Part shown: positions 61,021-64,000 of the stretch, in pieces | How positions within the stretch are numbered: position 1 is the stretch's first letter | How the letters are laid out: each line of letters opens with the position of its first letter | NCBI GenBank assembly: GCA_964234715.1 | Contig: OZ174280.1 | DNA length: 64,000 nucleotides | Strand: one strand, 5' to 3' | DNA from: Podarcis melisellensis | Lineage: Eukaryota | Made by a program: the position numbers and the translations under genes | The notes under the pieces: model-generated | The model's input: the letters and a program-made list of their open reading frames with translations, nothing else | Told to the model about the DNA's origin: nothing | The model's database searches: none

Positions 61021-64000
61021 ACATGAGATTTATTTGCGCTTAATTCAGCAAGTTGTTTCAGAGCAGAAAACTGGCTAATATAAAATTACCCAAGATGTTA
61101 TCTGCAAGCAGTTCCCCATAAATGTTTTGGGATTAATAGGCTAAAAATACAGAAAAAGCAGACACATGCCAAAAATAAATATTCAGTAACACCACAAGCA
61201 TAGCTGTTTACATCTGGAAATCCCAGTTGCCTGTTGAGTTTGTGACTCTGTTTGCAAAATGTAAGCCTCAGTTAGCCAAGGTCATTAACTGTTCAGTACT
61301 ACTTCCTGCATTAATCATCTTCAGGGCATATGTAAAAGAATCTGTGGGTTTGGAGGAGAATTTAAGGCAACAGTAAGCAATTCACACTATTTTACTGGGG
61401 GGAAAGGGTGGATGCTACTAGTGTGTCTGGTACAGGATTTGGCATCCTATAAACTTGGGCAATTATTCACTATGGGGGGGGGGGAGTTTCATGGTAGCCC
61501 AGAGTAGGTTTACACTAATGGTGTAATACACCATCTGCTGTAATTTCTCTTCAAGCAGAGTTCTAGCCTAGCATACGGAAGAGATCAACCCCATTTACCT
61601 TTCTCAAAAGCATTTTGAGTTCTTAGTTGCAGTTTTCCTTGGGATCCACTTGAGAGAAAAACTCCAGCACTTCTGAAGAGTAGGGCAACGAGTGTGGGAG
61701 GCTAAATCAATTCTCCAAGGTAGCACAAGCAGTAGGACTTTCACTGCAGACTTTCAGGGGCAATAGAGAAACAAGTGAATCACACCCACCCACACCCCTT
61801 GCTAGGGCTCTTTAGCACATAGTTATTAGACATTAAAATGAAGAAGTTGGATCACCCTCATGGTATGAACTAAGCTGAAAGTTGCAACCCTTTGATAATA
61901 GATATATTGCTTTTATATCCTCCCATTTTGAATTAGATGCTTTGTATTTGCTATTGGTTTTATTGATCTGTCTATATTTTAAACAAATTAAGTTTAAAAA
62001 ATTGCTAAAATGTGTCCTTGAACTCATGCTTGTCTGGATTGGGGATAGAGAGGAGAAAGTGAGGGAGTTTAGAAACTAAACTTCCGCACGTTGGTAAAAT
62101 GTACATTTGTTCCTTCACTCACTTTTGTCTCTGATCCTGCCTACCACTGGCATGTGGCCCCCCGAAGGTTTCCCAGAAGGGATGCGGCCCTCAGGCTGAA
62201 AAAGGTTCTCACCCTTGCACCAGGGTCTTTTGCAGCACCCGATGTGCTGTTACATGGAGCATGAAGCACTGGAGAGCGCCACCCTTCCCTCTCCTTGCAG
62301 CTGGAATACTTCCTGTTGGCCAAAGAAATAAGTAGATTTAAAGGGGAAGTGGGTGACTGGATTGTACAGAGGAATGGGTTGGAAGGAATAAACTGAGAAT
62401 TCTTTAGCTTGGATTCTAGTCTGAGTTTGAGAATAATTCAAGTCTCCTAAGGCTCACTTCTTTGGTCAGATTCAAACCCTCCAAAACTTCTATCCATAGG
62501 AGTTCCAGAGCTATGGATTTCACTGACGTCTCTACTCCTGGAGACCACTACTGTAATCATAATTTCTGTGGGGTCTAATGTCGCTCTGTGCATGTTCCAC
62601 AGTACTTACTGAAGTTGATTGTATTGAGAGCATTTAGGGTTTAGATGGACTATGGCCAGAGTAGAGAGGTTCAAGCAGTCGGTTGAGAATGCAAACAAGT
62701 GCACAGGATTTAAAAATAGAGTAGACTGTATGACGCTGCTAGTGGCAAGTGGCATTCCACTCCCAACCCACGTTTTGTGGACTTGAGGTGTATTCTACTC
62801 TTATTCTATTGTTATTTTCAGGCATTGTACATTCCATAATTGTATTGCTCAAAGTACAAGAGTCTTCATGTATTTTTGCAATGCTGCCTATCAGTCCACC
62901 TCCCCTACAGCAATACCTTTACATTTTGTGGATCTTTTGATATGATTTCATTTATTCAAAGGAATTCCCTTTCAAAAGGTTTTAATTGTCTGGAAATGCC
63001 CTTCACCTTTGAATTTTCCTCCCTCTCCCCCAAACACATTGAACCCCTGGTGTTCAGGTATCTTTTCGATCCCATTTTCCCCCCTCAGTTATTTCAAAGT
63101 TTCAACAATGCTGTTAACTTTAATTTGTAGAGTTGCTCCCTGCAAGTGAAAAATCGATGGGGGGCTATCACAGTGTGAAATTCGACTGTCAGTCTTGAGC
63201 TTATGGAGTGAGTAAGACATCTTAGAAGGGGGGAAAATCACAGTCTGTGCAGTGCTCAGCTGGGCTATTTCAAAGAGAAGGCAAGGCTGATGGGCCGTTG
63301 GAGAGTATTTCAGTTAGATGGATGATGATTCTCTGTGAAATACTGGAGTTAGCCTACAGGTAAGGGAAACCAGAGGTTAGAAAATACAACTAGTTTCCCC
63401 TGAAGAACTAAATTACACCTTGGGAACCTTGAGCTGTGTCATACAGGAACTAAAACCTGTCCCTAAAATCGGTCATTGCCTCTAAACAACAACCAGTAAC
63501 AAATTAGTCATCATAACTTGCAGTGTTTCAGTTTTGCTCCCTTGTAAAGTTTATAATAAGCTCTTTGGGGCAAGTATTCCATCAAGTGTATACAGCACCT
63601 AAAGATGATTTGTATGCTTCAATATAGGATTTGTGTGTTGTACATGACCACAGCGTAACTTAAGATGATGGACTCAATTCTGAATCTTGGCCATATAAGT
63701 TGCTGTTTCCTGTGACAGCCTTCAATGCCAGTACAGGGGCAGATTGCATATCTGACAGCAGAAAGTGGTACCCAAGAGACAGAATGAACAGTATAAAAAA
63801 GAAGCTCTGAGCTGCCTGAATCACATGTGCTTTCCTTGCATTGTATGATATCTATTCTTATATCCTGGCTCAGAAGTCTGCAGAACTCTGCTCCCTTCTA
63901 GCACAGCAGTTTAAACCTGGGGGTGAGAACACTTTCCCCAAAAGTGAGTGGGCAGGGCCAGAAGCAAAAGTGGGCAGAGTAATAGCTGCATCTCTTACTT

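Noticed and set aside
1-64000. Prokaryote-style systems (CRISPR arrays, operons, defence islands) or a nested second protein-coding gene
   Set aside because: The sequence is intron-rich vertebrate DNA; I found no repeat-spacer arrays and no second spliceable coding gene on either strand.

Overview
This is vertebrate genomic DNA, not prokaryotic. The repeat content (Squam3-like and other tRNA-derived SINEs, RTE-BovB, L2 and CR1 LINE fragments, hAT MITEs) points to a squamate reptile, probably a lacertid lizard (inference). The whole window lies inside one + strand gene, the E3 ubiquitin ligase RNF220. Eight consecutive internal coding exons (A-H: 6234-6329, 13802-13844, 24402-24445/24523, 26285-26417, 47829-47925, 48609-48695, 51139-51194, 53810-53888) splice in frame into SILLSASIKREGDSPTASPHSSDDIHHSDRYQ-TFLRVRANRQTRLN-ARIGKMKRRKQDEGQ[VCPLCSQPLSGSEEERSRHVEQCLAK]-REGSCMMEDD...GGFRG-SGFVMCSGKENPDSDADLDVDGDDTLEYGKPQ-YTEADIIPCTGEEPGEAKEREALRGAVLN-GGTPSTRITPEFSKWASDE-MPSTSNGESSKQEPMQKTCKNSDIEK. 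The N-terminal exons and the C-terminal RING exons were not found in the window. The most interesting features are: (1) an intragenic CpG-island promoter whose candidate first exon has strong-Kozak ATGs in the RNF220 frame, closed by one in-frame TGA two codons before the donor; (2) an alternative 5' splice site that adds or removes a C2HC UBZ-like zinc finger; (3) a U12-type intron with a non-consensus donor and an internal (UG)17 tract; (4) a near-perfect 55-bp intronic inverted repeat; (5) several non-repetitive, homeodomain-motif-rich candidate enhancers. Most other ORFs in the six-frame track look spurious or are decayed retroelement sequence.
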